This document shows, piece after piece, positions 28,899-39,482 of a stretch of DNA of 64,000 bases; the stretch's first letter is position 1, and each line of letters starts with the position of its first letter. A program made the position numbers and the translations under genes. The stretch lies in IMG/VR virus record IMGVR_UViG_3300012979_000039, positions 9,055-73,054 of that record. One strand, 5' to 3'. Source of the stretch: a virus (taxonomy: Duplodnaviria > Caudoviricetes). A model generated the notes under the pieces. The model was not told where the DNA came from. It searched no databases and worked only from the letters and a program-made list of their open reading frames with translations.

Positions 28899-31800
28899 TA
28901 GAGATTTATACAAATACAGGTGAACTGCTGATTGAGACCGATGTGCTTGACAGTTCAAGTTCATACCGTTCCATTGACGGCAGGCACGAACTGACGCTCA
29001 AGTTCTCGCTTGAAAGCCACAAGGACATCCCTATCGGCTCATGGTGCATGTTCAAGGATGCGAGGTTCGAGGTGATGTCACACGCTGATGTGACCATGAG
29101 GAACACGAAGCATTACGAATACTCCGTCCTATTCAAGTCGGATTTCGGTCTGCTGTCAAGGTTCAAGATAGCCAATCCCGTAGACGGAAGGCTGTCTTTC
29201 GACATGGTGGCCAAGCCTCATGAGTTCGTTGAACTGATCGTCAGCAATCTCAACGGAAGGGACGAGGGATGGTCTGTCGGAGAGTGCATCAATTCAGCCG
29301 AGAAACTTGTGTCTTTCAGCCACACCTCATGCGAGGAGGCCCTTATATCGGTGGCGGAGACCTTCGAGACCGAATACGAGGTTGTCGGCAAGACCATATC
29401 TCTTAAAAAGGTGGAGTACAACAAGGAAACGCCACTTGCACTTGAATACGGCAAGGGAAAGGGCTTCCGTCCCGGCATAGGAAGAGGCAACTTCGAGGAC
29501 GGGCTGCCTACGCACAGGATGTTCATAGAGGGCGGAGACAGAAACATATCGTACAAGGATTACGGCTCGGAGACGCTTCATCTTCCGAAGTCGTATTATT
29601 TCCTGTTTGATGGTGAAAAGTTCGACGGAGAGGAAGGCTTCGATGCCGCAAAGGCAAAGTCATTCGCAACCGATGAGAACGGCTACTCCGTCTTTCTTAC
29701 GGAAGGAAAGGGAGGCAAGGAGGACAGCATAGATGTCACCGAGATATATCCGAGCAGGGTAGGAACCGTAAGTGCCGTGGTGTTCAACCTTCGTACCGAC
29801 AAGTTCGATGAACCGCAGGAGGGATGGACGGAAGAGGATTGGAACAATGTGCAGGTGGATATCGTTGATGACACGATACCGGAAGAACTCGATTTCAAGC
29901 AGTGTCTGATAGGGAACGACCCGCTTACAGTCATATTCCAGTCAGGAGAACTCTCTGGAAGGGAGTTTGACGCATCGTTCATCAAGAGCGGGAATGTCTT
30001 TGAACTGGAAAAGCAGGAGTATAGCGGACTGCCGATGCCCCAGGGATTGTTCATCCCAAAGAAAGGCGACACATACGCCGTTTTTAACGTGTTTTTGCCA
30101 GAGTCATATATATCCAACCCATCCACCCATTCAGGTGCTGAGTTCGACGCTTTAAGGGCGGCTACAAGGTCCTTATACGACAAGTCGGAGCAGAAGTTCA
30201 CATTCAAAGGAGAACTTGACCCTATCTTTACGAAGAAGGACTGGGTCAACATCGGTGGTAAGATAAAGATAGGCGGTTATGTGTCGTTCACCCACAAAGG
30301 TCTGCTTCCTGACGGTCCTGCACTTGTAAGGATAGTCGGAATCACCCAGAGCGTGAACAACCCGTATACTCCGAAGATAGAACTGTCGAACATGACTCAT
30401 CGTGGCTCCGTATCCTCACGAATCAATCAGATTGAGAACAGCGAAGCCCATGTCGATGAATTGCACAAGACGGCAAAGAGATATACGAAGGTGCGTTTCG
30501 CTGATGCGTTGAGAAGCATATCGATGCTTGAAGAGGCATTCGGAAAGGGCTTCACGGAGTCGGTGAGGCCTGCTACCGTACAGACCATGATGATGCTTGT
30601 CGGAGACGAGAGCCTTCAGTTTATGTTCGTCGAGTCTATGGATTCCATGACACAGGTCGCTCATTCCGAATATTTCGACACAGAGACAAGGTCATTCAAG
30701 TGTGATGAGGGATTCCTCAAACACATGACACTCGGAATCAAGGAGTTGCATAGCGGATATGACCAGAACTACCGTTGCTGGTCCATTCCTGCCTACGAGA
30801 GTGCCGTGCTTACGGATGAGGCGGCGGAATACTATGTATATGCTTCCGTAGAAAGGGACGGCAGCAATGGCGAGTTCCGTCTTGAATCAAGTCCGATAGA
30901 CATGTATGAGGTGGATGACAGATACTATCTCCTGCTTGGTCTGTTGCTGGCTGAAAGCGACGGTTCAAGGAGTTACATGCCTCTGTACGGATTCACACAG
31001 ATTCTTCCGGGACAGATAACGACAGATGTCATAAGAAGTGCAGACGGCGAAACTTACTTCGATCTTGTTAAGGGACTCATAGGAGGAAGGATACAGTTCG
31101 CTTCCGGCTCGTCCGGCCTTGATAACCTTGACGAGTGGGCTAACAAGCAGTCACAGATAGACAAGGCGTTGAAGGACGCTGAGGAAGCCGCTGCGTCAGC
31201 AGCACTGGCAGAGAGTTCGGTAGGCAACCTTGACACCAAGATTACCGACATTGAGAACGGAGTCAACAAGAGCATCAAGGAAATCAATCAGAAACTTGAC
31301 GGAGTGGTCGAGAGTTACTTCGATGACTACACCCCATCAAGAAGCAATCTTCCCGCAAGCGAGTGGATTGCCAATGAGACAGAAGAGGAGCATGTAGGAG
31401 ATACTTTCACGAACACAGCTCTTGAAGGTGACGATGTAGGTAAGTCATGGAGATGGCTTCTCCAGAGTGACGGCACATACGACTGGCAGCAGATTGCCGA
31501 TTCGGACGCAGCGAAGGCACTTGCACTTGCGGGACAGGCTCAGGCTACGGCAGACGGAAAGAGCAGGACCTTCCTTGTAAAGCCGAGCAACTATTCCTAC
31601 GGAGACCTTTGGATAGTCGGTTCGGATTATGTTCCGTCAGGATATACTGTCGGTGACCTGTTGAGTGCCAACGATTCAAGTACCACATTTGTCGCTTCTC
31701 ATTGGAAGAAGAAGGTGAAATATACCGATGACACGGCAGCCAATGCAGCTCAGGAAGCGGCTGACAATGCTGGTGCTATCGCGGAGGATGCGAAAAGTGC

Positions 31801-34800
31801 TGCGGAGGACGCACGTAGTGCTGCCGAGAAGGCTCAATCTATTGCTAACAAGGCCCAAGATGCTGCCGAACTTGCACAGACAGCAGCAGCCGAAGCAAAG
31901 AATGAGGTTCAGGAAGCGGCATCAGTTCTTGATGTCTGGGCGTCTGACGATTATATCTCTCCGATGGAGCAGACCGTGCTGAGGGAACTTCTTGCACAGA
32001 TAAAGTCCGAGTACACGCAGATAATCAACGACGCGGACAGATACGGAGTCAGCAAGACATCATACATGTCCGCTTACAATTCGGCAGTTACCGCTTTGGA
32101 GAAATATACCAAAGCCACTTCTGACGGTTCAAGCATAGTTGTTGGCAGCGACTATGCCAACATATCGGCTTACTATACAGCAAAGGCGACTATCCTTGAC
32201 AAGATAGCATCAGAGGTAAAGGAAGAGGCGGACAAGGCAGTTGGAGACGCGGAATCCGCAGCCGCCAGTGCCGCAGCAGCAGACGCAAAGGCCGCAGCAG
32301 CAGCCAGTGCCGCAGCCGCCGCCAATGCAGTTGCGGAGAATGCGAAGTCCATTGCAGACGCAGCAGCAGAAAACGCGAACAAAGCAATACAGGATTCGGA
32401 AGATGCCAAGGAGACGGCAAACAATGCCGCAAACATAGCCGGGAATGCGGAGACACTGGCTGGGGAGGCACAAAGGATTGCTGATGAAGCCCAAGGCGTT
32501 GCTGATGAAGCCAAGCAGGACGCCCAGGATGCCCTTGCTGATGCTCAGGAGGCTCTTGCCAATGCCAACGATGCAAAGAACGACGCCACTTCCGCGAAGC
32601 AAATGCTTGAAGAACTGACGGCGGACGGAATGATAACACCTGTCGAGAAGCAGTCCTTGAAGAATGAACTGGCCCAGATCAATGCAGACTATGCCGATGT
32701 CAGGAACGAGGTAGACAAGTATGTCATTGACAACGAGACATCGCTCTGGAATGCGTTTGACAATGCGTATGACTTGTACAGGGAGGACCTTGAAAGTAAG
32801 ATTAACGCCGGGGGCAGTGTAGAAGCAGGTAACATAACAGAGTTGCAGGTGGCCTATTATTCGGCAAGGACAGCCCTGCTGAATGCGATATATGTTGCTG
32901 CGAAGAAAGCGGCTGACGATGCACAACAGGCGGCTGACGATGCACAAAAGGCGGCCGATGACGCACAACAGGCTGCGGACGACGCAAAGAAAGCGGCTGG
33001 CGAAGCGGCTGAGCAGGCCCGTCAGGCATATGAATTGGCGAATACTATTGATGCCGCCACCAAGACGCTTGATGCCAAGATTGGTGATGTGGAGACGGGT
33101 CTGCTTGAAGAAGTTGACGAAATCAACAAGAAACTTGACGGTGTTGTAGAGAACTACTTTGAGGAGGGAGCACCTGCTATTGACAAGTACCCGTCATCAG
33201 AGTGGGTGACAGACACAGACAAGAAGAACCACCTCGGAGACACATACACGAACATCGAGGAGTATGTGGACAATGAGACAACTCCGGATGCCGGAAAGTC
33301 TTGGAGGTGGACCTACACGGATAGTGAGCATACTGGCTATCATTGGCATCCGATTGCTGACAGTGATGCGGTCAAGGCTCTTCTCGCCGCTTCCAAGGCT
33401 CAAACGGCCGCTGACGGAAAGTCCCGTACATTCGTTGATCAGCCGTACCCGCCTTATTCCGTAGGCGACTTGTGGGTGCAGGGTGACGAAGGAGAAATAA
33501 TGAAGTGTGTGCGTGCAAGAAGCGAAGGCTCATATGACGCTTCCGATTGGGCGAAAGCCTCCAAGTACACAGATGACACGGTAGCCAATCAGGCGTTGGC
33601 GTTAGCGAATGAGGCCAAGAATGAGGCAGGGGATGCGAACAGTGCAATTAACATTCTTGTCAGCACGACCCTTCCAGCATTGGAGGATGGAATAATCACG
33701 GAGGCTGAAAAGATAGCCATAGGCAAGTACATCAACATTGTAGAGAATGAGATGAATGAAGTCACTGCTACCTATGACAAGTTGTCCGCTCACCCGTTGA
33801 TTACTGATGTGGCAAAGTCCGCCCTGACAATTGCATACAACAATGTGAAGGTAGCTGTTCAGACTCTGATTAACGGAATCAATGGAGCCATTCTTGAAGA
33901 GCCTACGCATACTCCTGCCAATGTGGACTTCTTATATGACACCTATAAGACAAAGTATGCTGCTTACAGCACAGCCATTGAGTCCGCGTATGCTGCCATT
34001 GAAGATGTTATCAACGGCAAGGCGGAGGAGGCAAAGGAAACCGCAGATGCGGCGAAGGTTGCAGCGGATGCCGCCAAACTTGCTACGGATAACCTTGATG
34101 ATGACACGAAGTTCACGGTAGCGGAGAAGAGGACATTGAGGAAAGCACTCAAAGATATCAACACAAGCGAGACTGCAACGGTCAATCAGTTGATGTATGA
34201 GGTGACAGAAAGAAGCGTGGTCCTTGGCAATGCATGGAAGAAGATTACCGACAAGGCGGACAACAACTATCGGTGGTATGTGTCAGACATGCACACAGCG
34301 TCTTCGGCTTCCATTACCAAGGTAGCCTTTACGGTCAACACCAAGTGTGATGTGAGGTTCAGACTGATGTCAAGAGCGGAAGGAAACTACGATTATGCCA
34401 TGTTGAGCAAACTGGATACCACGCTTGCTTCAAGTGCCGTATATAACTCCGCATCCGTAGTAGCTCATACGAGAGGCAAGCAGGGTACTATCGTCTATCA
34501 CACCTTTGAGGATGTTGCTCCAGGAACCCACTTCGTGACCATAAGTTTCAGAAAGGACGGAAGCGGAAACACTGAGCCGGATAACGGCTACTACTATGTC
34601 GAGGACTTCGGCATGGATCCCGGAAGCCTCGGTGACTGGTATGGCCTTGTGTTGAGCAAGGGAATGAACGAAGCATTATGCGTACCTGCCGTCAATGCCG
34701 CCAACGCCCTGTTCAAGTATCTGTACGACAACGGAGTCTGGACGAATGTCACCACAGATGTGGAGGACGGATTCAGGGAGAAGGTGTTCTCTCTGTTCCA

Positions 34801-35818
34801 AGACTATTACGCCGAGGTGGCAATCATTCTGAACGGAACTGCAACTGCGGATGTGGACTACCTTGCAAGTGCATTGAGGGACGGCCGTTCTATCATAGAC
34901 GGTGGCCTCATGCTTTCAAGCCTCGTTGCTGTGTCCGATACGGCCAAGTCCTCTGACGCGGAGGTCGTCGGAGTGCTTAATGGCAGTTCCATGGCAAATG
35001 ACGTTGAGTGCGGAAGGCTTGTGATGGCGCTCGGCATACCTACGGAGACTTCTGACGGAAACTCCGACTTTGAGGAAAGGATGAGGGAGGCCAACACCAA
35101 GATATATGAGAACGGAAAGATAGTGGTTGACGCTCCGAATGTAGGAGGAAGGTCCGTCATTGATGATAACGGATTCGTGTACTACGGAGTGGATACCAAC
35201 GGTAATGTTTATCCTAAACTTGCACTTGGAAATACTTGCCAGGGAGCAGGAGGTGTGTTCTATGCTCAGGACGCTTCTACCTCATTCTGTGTCCCTACTG
35301 CATTGCTAGCTATAGGAAGTGAAACGACTTACGCATTTGTTGCCACTGGCGGTAGGTCAATCTTTCAAGACGATGTAATCATAAATGCAAGCCTTCAATG
35401 TGATACATACAGCGGGGATAACGTATCTGTTTCTGCGAGAATGATGAGTGTCGAGGTGCCGGAAGGAATAAGCATAACAGACGGTTTCGTGTCCGGACTG
35501 AGAAGGAGGACACGAGTCATATCTTCTTCTGGCAGCACATCCGCAAGAACTCTGCTGACCGATCTTGATTATTCTGTGCTGATTACCTTGACCACGGGTA
35601 CATGCTATCTCTCTCTCCCGTCAAGTCCGAAGGAGGGTCAGGAGTATATCATTGAGTCAAAGGGAGCGGGCCTTAACCTTTCCTCTACGATGCCTGTGTA
35701 TTCGCTGTATTCGGGAACGTCGGCTTACTCGGTGTTGCAGAGTTCTGGAAGGTGGTCGTTGAAGTTCACATGGTACAAGGGTCTGCATTGGGTAGTGACA
35801 ATATTGTATAACAACTAA
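28895..35818 (+). CDS. Large tail spike/host-specificity protein (2307 aa)
   Basis: Tal-like N-terminus, Ala-rich coiled coils, internally duplicated domains. Confidence 0.8.
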   Translation: MIEIYTNTGELLIETDVLDSSSSYRSIDGRHELTLKFSLESHKDIPIGSWCMFKDARFEVMSHADVTMRNTKHYEYSVLFKSDFGLLSRFKIANPVDGRLSFDMVAKPHEFVELIVSNLNGRDEGWSVGECINSAEKLVSFSHTSCEEALISVAETFETEYEVVGKTISLKKVEYNKETPLALEYGKGKGFRPGIGRGNFEDGLPTHRMFIEGGDRNISYKDYGSETLHLPKSYYFLFDGEKFDGEEGFDAAKAKSFATDENGYSVFLTEGKGGKEDSIDVTEIYPSRVGTVSAVVFNLRTDKFDEPQEGWTEEDWNNVQVDIVDDTIPEELDFKQCLIGNDPLTVIFQSGELSGREFDASFIKSGNVFELEKQEYSGLPMPQGLFIPKKGDTYAVFNVFLPESYISNPSTHSGAEFDALRAATRSLYDKSEQKFTFKGELDPIFTKKDWVNIGGKIKIGGYVSFTHKGLLPDGPALVRIVGITQSVNNPYTPKIELSNMTHRGSVSSRINQIENSEAHVDELHKTAKRYTKVRFADALRSISMLEEAFGKGFTESVRPATVQTMMMLVGDESLQFMFVESMDSMTQVAHSEYFDTETRSFKCDEGFLKHMTLGIKELHSGYDQNYRCWSIPAYESAVLTDEAAEYYVYASVERDGSNGEFRLESSPIDMYEVDDRYYLLLGLLLAESDGSRSYMPLYGFTQILPGQITTDVIRSADGETYFDLVKGLIGGRIQFASGSSGLDNLDEWANKQSQIDKALKDAEEAAASAALAESSVGNLDTKITDIENGVNKSIKEINQKLDGVVESYFDDYTPSRSNLPASEWIANETEEEHVGDTFTNTALEGDDVGKSWRWLLQSDGTYDWQQIADSDAAKALALAGQAQATADGKSRTFLVKPSNYSYGDLWIVGSDYVPSGYTVGDLLSANDSSTTFVASHWKKKVKYTDDTAANAAQEAADNAGAIAEDAKSAAEDARSAAEKAQSIANKAQDAAELAQTAAAEAKNEVQEAASVLDVWASDDYISPMEQTVLRELLAQIKSEYTQIINDADRYGVSKTSYMSAYNSAVTALEKYTKATSDGSSIVVGSDYANISAYYTAKATILDKIASEVKEEADKAVGDAESAAASAAAADAKAAAAASAAAAANAVAENAKSIADAAAENANKAIQDSEDAKETANNAANIAGNAETLAGEAQRIADEAQGVADEAKQDAQDALADAQEALANANDAKNDATSAKQMLEELTADGMITPVEKQSLKNELAQINADYADVRNEVDKYVIDNETSLWNAFDNAYDLYREDLESKINAGGSVEAGNITELQVAYYSARTALLNAIYVAAKKAADDAQQAADDAQKAADDAQQAADDAKKAAGEAAEQARQAYELANTIDAATKTLDAKIGDVETGLLEEVDEINKKLDGVVENYFEEGAPAIDKYPSSEWVTDTDKKNHLGDTYTNIEEYVDNETTPDAGKSWRWTYTDSEHTGYHWHPIADSDAVKALLAASKAQTAADGKSRTFVDQPYPPYSVGDLWVQGDEGEIMKCVRARSEGSYDASDWAKASKYTDDTVANQALALANEAKNEAGDANSAINILVSTTLPALEDGIITEAEKIAIGKYINIVENEMNEVTATYDKLSAHPLITDVAKSALTIAYNNVKVAVQTLINGINGAILEEPTHTPANVDFLYDTYKTKYAAYSTAIESAYAAIEDVINGKAEEAKETADAAKVAADAAKLATDNLDDDTKFTVAEKRTLRKALKDINTSETATVNQLMYEVTERSVVLGNAWKKITDKADNNYRWYVSDMHTASSASITKVAFTVNTKCDVRFRLMSRAEGNYDYAMLSKLDTTLASSAVYNSASVVAHTRGKQGTIVYHTFEDVAPGTHFVTISFRKDGSGNTEPDNGYYYVEDFGMDPGSLGDWYGLVLSKGMNEALCVPAVNAANALFKYLYDNGVWTNVTTDVEDGFREKVFSLFQDYYAEVAIILNGTATADVDYLASALRDGRSIIDGGLMLSSLVAVSDTAKSSDAEVVGVLNGSSMANDVECGRLVMALGIPTETSDGNSDFEERMREANTKIYENGKIVVDAPNVGGRSVIDDNGFVYYGVDTNGNVYPKLALGNTCQGAGGVFYAQDASTSFCVPTALLAIGSETTYAFVATGGRSIFQDDVIINASLQCDTYSGDNVSVSARMMSVEVPEGISITDGFVSGLRRRTRVISSSGSTSARTLLTDLDYSVLITLTTGTCYLSLPSSPKEGQEYIIESKGAGLNLSSTMPVYSLYSGTSAYSVLQSSGRWSLKFTWYKGLHWVVTILYNN

Positions 35819-35825
35819 TCAGTTT

Positions 35826-36091
35826 ATGGAAAGGATATTAGGACAGAACTCGGTTCGACAAGGGATATAGGATTGAGCGGAGAACGGCATACACGGGAGT
35901 GACCATTGACGCACAGTAGCATGGGCACCTGCATTAACATAGAGGCAAAGAGGATAGGCGGTCCTATCTCCGTATCGGCTTGTTACGACAACACGCAGAG
36001 GCATCTCGGCAATGTGGAGACGTTGACCACCAAGGAGGAGGTGGATGTATACGACTACACTACCGGCTATCCTGAAAAAATCACATTTTAG
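35826..36091 (+). pseudogene. Degenerate remnant of a tail-associated protein
   Basis: C-terminus SACYDNTQRH..V..L.T.EEV..YDYTTGYPEK resembles common tail-associated proteins; upstream ATG is out of frame and there is an in-frame TGA at 35900. Confidence 0.4.
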
Positions 36092-36114
36092 TCAAACCTT
36101 TAAAATCAACGTAT

Positions 36115-36810
36115 ATGGAACTTACATTCAACAGAGACGGTGGCTCCTTCGTAGCGGAGTTTGTAGCCACAGCAGATTTCAACCTGCACATTGAGAAGTC
36201 CGGAGGAGATATCCGGATCATGCAGAAGACTACCGAGAACGGAAAGTACGATTCGATAGACGGTCTGTATATTCCGGCAGGAAACTCTGTCATAGACTAT
36301 GATTTCGTGGCTTCGGTCTGGCCGAAGCACATCAAGATAGTCTCTGAGGTCGAACCGACTCTTGCGGTAGTAACCTCGGCAGGAGAGATAACTGAAATAC
36401 TACCAGAAGAGCCAGGTACTTCTATTGACTCAGATAAGAATGTATATATAAGCGGAATTGAAGAGACTGTTGCATATGAAGCCTATGCCACAGTTAATGT
36501 AGGGGAACCAGTACAATTGCTCGAATCATCTGGTGTAGGTGCTTATGCAAACATGTATAACAACACTATTAATGTTTTCTTCAACAAGTACCCTTTAACT
36601 ACCTACGATTATGGACGCCTTACCTTAAAGACAAAGATGGCCGGCTTGAAGTTGGTGTCACAAAACGGTGCTGAGACAGAATTTACCTACAATGCCGACA
36701 CAGGTTTTTATGTGTCTAAGTTCTCTATGGGAGAGCCAACCTGTTATTTCTCAGGCACAGTTCAGGATAGTACAGGTAAGATATTGTTCTACATAAAGTA
36801 CGAAGAATAA
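36115..36810 (+). CDS. Tail-associated hypothetical protein
   Basis: 231 aa, beta-rich; in the tail fibre region. Confidence 0.65.
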   Translation: MELTFNRDGGSFVAEFVATADFNLHIEKSGGDIRIMQKTTENGKYDSIDGLYIPAGNSVIDYDFVASVWPKHIKIVSEVEPTLAVVTSAGEITEILPEEPGTSIDSDKNVYISGIEETVAYEAYATVNVGEPVQLLESSGVGAYANMYNNTINVFFNKYPLTTYDYGRLTLKTKMAGLKLVSQNGAETEFTYNADTGFYVSKFSMGEPTCYFSGTVQDSTGKILFYIKYEE

Positions 36811-36813
36811 TTT

Positions 36814-38055
36814 ATGAACACAGTATTATTGAACACGGTGCATCTTGACGGTGCACCTATCGTAAAGAAAGTCTCTGGTGAGGGTGGTGGTAGTACCATC
36901 CTCAATCAGAGCAAGAGTGTAGAGATTACCGAGAACGGGAGTGTATCGGTGACTCCAGATGCCGGATATACTGGCTTGAGCAAGGTGGATGTCAATGTAG
37001 ATGTCCCCACTCAAGAAATTAGCAACCAAGACAAGGCAATAGACATCGTTGAGAACGGCACTACTGAGATTGTAGCGGATGCAGGTTACACAGGTCTTGG
37101 GAAGGTATCCGTTAATGTCAATGTCGCTTCAAGCGGTGGTGGAAGTGGATGGACAGGTCACGCAGATGCGGAAGGCTTGAAGGCCATCGGTTGGACTGAC
37201 GAGGATATTGCTTACTACCAAGAGCATGGTGTGAATTGGAATGCAGAGGATGACGAGTATCACAAAGTAACTGATGACAACAAGGCTTTGTATGGGGTGT
37301 TGACTGCGGATAATATACAAACCTACAAGGATAGGATTGTGTATCTTCCAAAGATTGATACGAGTGGTGTGACGAATACAACCAGCATGTTCTACAACTG
37401 CTATTCCCTTGTAAGTATTCCACAGTTGGATACAAGCAATGTGACGAATACAACCAGCATGTTCAACAACTGCTATTCCCTTGTAAGTATTCCACAGTTG
37501 GATACAAGCAATGTGACGAATACGAACAACATGTTCAACAACTGCTATTCCCTTGTAAGTATTCCACAGTTGGATACAAGCAATGTGCGGGATATGCACC
37601 ACATGTTCAACAACTGCTATTCCCTTGTAAGTATTCCACAGTTGGATACAAGCAATGTGACGAATACGAACAACATGTTCTACAACTGCTATTCTCTCAC
37701 ATCAATTCTACAGTTGGATACAAGTAGAGTGACTTCTGCGGGTTATATGTTCTACAACTGCAACTCTCTCACATCAATTCTACAGTTGGATACAAGTAGA
37801 GTGACGAGTATGTATGGTATGTTCTATGGCTGCTTCTCTCTCACACATGCCAACCTTAAAGGTGTAGCAAAAGCATATCAGTTGAATAACTCCGCTCTTT
37901 TGAGCAAGGAATCCCTCCTCTATCTTATTGACAACGAGGCGGCAACATCGGCTATCACTATCAAACTCGCAGCCTACGCATACGAAAGACTTGCAGAGGA
38001 TGCTGATGTAGTAGCGGCACTCGCTAATCATCCTAACATTTCAATAGCACAGTAA
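36814..38055 (+). CDS. BspA/DUF285-type leucine-rich-repeat adhesin (candidate receptor-binding protein)
   Basis: Seven 24-aa repeats (P/L)QLDTSNVTNxxxMFxNCYSLxSI; duplicated NQxKx.xI.ENG....DAGYTGL motif. Confidence 0.85.
   Translation: MNTVLLNTVHLDGAPIVKKVSGEGGGSTILNQSKSVEITENGSVSVTPDAGYTGLSKVDVNVDVPTQEISNQDKAIDIVENGTTEIVADAGYTGLGKVSVNVNVASSGGGSGWTGHADAEGLKAIGWTDEDIAYYQEHGVNWNAEDDEYHKVTDDNKALYGVLTADNIQTYKDRIVYLPKIDTSGVTNTTSMFYNCYSLVSIPQLDTSNVTNTTSMFNNCYSLVSIPQLDTSNVTNTNNMFNNCYSLVSIPQLDTSNVRDMHHMFNNCYSLVSIPQLDTSNVTNTNNMFYNCYSLTSILQLDTSRVTSAGYMFYNCNSLTSILQLDTSRVTSMYGMFYGCFSLTHANLKGVAKAYQLNNSALLSKESLLYLIDNEAATSAITIKLAAYAYERLAEDADVVAALANHPNISIAQ
37346..37845 (+). repeat. Seven tandem 72-bp coding repeats
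   Basis: Units start at 37346, 37418, 37490, 37562, 37634, 37706 and 37778; units 2-5 nearly identical. Confidence 0.92.
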
Positions 38056-38056
38056 T

Positions 38057-38671
38057 ATGAAAGAGATAAAAGCAACAGAAGGTCATTACCTCTCACAGAC
38101 GGGAGAGAATGGCGAAAGGATATATGTGACTGCTATCAAGGGTGCGAACATCAGCGAGTCCGATTGGAGAGATGCAAGTCAAGAGGAGCAGGAAGCATAC
38201 ACCGACCTTGATGGATGCAACAACTACGATGAACTCCTTGAAGTTAAGGAGCAGGTCGCTGACGAAACCAAGAAGGTCACTCGCAAAATCAACTACATCG
38301 GTCTGACAGACAACCAAGCACTCTCCGTAAAGGAACTCTATCCTAAATGGGAGGACAAGGTGAACGCCACGATTGAAGAGGGATACATCACTCTCTACAA
38401 TGACAACCTTTGGAGAGCAAGGCAGACACATACTGCTCTTGAAATCTATCCTCCGTCAATTGATACCGCTTCACTCTACGAAGTGATTGTCAAGACACAC
38501 GAAGGAACGATGGAAGACCCAATCCCTTACACTCCTCCTATGGAGATATACGAGGGCAAATACTATACGCAGTTCGATGTCCTCTACAAATGTACAAGGG
38601 ATAGCGGAACGGCACTGACGCACGACCTCTTCGATTTGAGGGGAATGTATGTTGAACTGATAGAGCAGTAA
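38057..38671 (+). CDS. Tail-associated protein with a CBM5/12-like carbohydrate-binding motif
   Basis: LWRARQTHTA..YPPS..TASLY and GKYYTQ.DVLYKCTRDSG. Confidence 0.6.
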   Translation: MKEIKATEGHYLSQTGENGERIYVTAIKGANISESDWRDASQEEQEAYTDLDGCNNYDELLEVKEQVADETKKVTRKINYIGLTDNQALSVKELYPKWEDKVNATIEEGYITLYNDNLWRARQTHTALEIYPPSIDTASLYEVIVKTHEGTMEDPIPYTPPMEIYEGKYYTQFDVLYKCTRDSGTALTHDLFDLRGMYVELIEQ

Positions 38672-38675
38672 TACA

Positions 38676-38894
38676 ATGAGCAGGATAATTTCATTCATCA
38701 AGGAATGGGCTTCGGTGATATTCTTCGCCGCCGAGGCTCTCCTACTGCTCTGTGCATTGATAGTGTGCATAGTGCAGATCGCTGCGAAGATAGGTGTGTT
38801 CATGGCGACATGCGGTGCATTCGGCTCCGGGGTGGCACTCGTCTCGGTAGTGCTTTGCATCTATTGGGACATTAAAGACAGGAGGGCAAGGTGA
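38676..38894 (+). CDS. Small two-TM membrane protein (possible holin)
   Basis: Two long hydrophobic helices, lysis region. Confidence 0.5.
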   Translation: MSRIISFIKEWASVIFFAAEALLLLCALIVCIVQIAAKIGVFMATCGAFGSGVALVSVVLCIYWDIKDRRAR

Positions 38895-39286
38895 TGGAGT
38901 GGTACAACATCGTAATAGGAATCATTGCGGCCATCGGTGGAGTTGGTGGAATCATAGCCATCTATAAGGCCCGTCCAGAGAAGGAGGGAATCATCGTCAA
39001 GAACATGCGTGAGATGCTTGACGAGGCTCACAGACTCTACGAGGAGATGAAGGCAGAAAAGAACTCCGTCAAGGAAGAGTTCAACGAGTACAAGGACGAG
39101 ACCAACAAGAGGTTTGAGAAGGTCGAGGACAAGTTGGACAGAACGGAGGACACTGTGACTCAACTCAAAGGTGTTATCAACAGAGGCTACGGATGCCGCT
39201 ATCCTGACAATCCCAGTGACTGCCCCGTCGTCAGAGAGTACGAAAGGATTAACTGCAAGGACTGTCCAGCAACGGAGGGGAACTGA
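38891..39286 (+). CDS. Holin-like membrane protein
   Basis: N-terminal TM (IVIGIIAAIGGVGGII) plus coiled coil; upstream of the endolysin. Confidence 0.55.
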   Translation: MMEWYNIVIGIIAAIGGVGGIIAIYKARPEKEGIIVKNMREMLDEAHRLYEEMKAEKNSVKEEFNEYKDETNKRFEKVEDKLDRTEDTVTQLKGVINRGYGCRYPDNPSDCPVVREYERINCKDCPATEGN

Positions 39287-39482
39287 CATGGGAAGGCTAT
39301 CTACGAGACAAACGACAAGCAGTTGATTCCGTTGGATGACATTCAGCACATCAACGGAAGATACAACGAGGCATTGAAGGAGGGATTTCAGACCTTGACC
39401 ATTCTATACAAGGATGGCCTCAAGGTCACTATCCCTGCAACGGAATATGAGAGACTATATAAATGTTGGGAGGCAAGAAGGA

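Noticed and set aside
26565-36062. Additional CTACAC hits inside structural genes (about 26565, 31326, 33312, 36055)
   Set aside because: Short, far from start codons and at background frequency; not counted in the regulon
36814-38055. Complete diversity-generating retroelement
   Set aside because: No reverse transcriptase, Avd or separate template repeat seen in the window; some repeat differences are not at adenines
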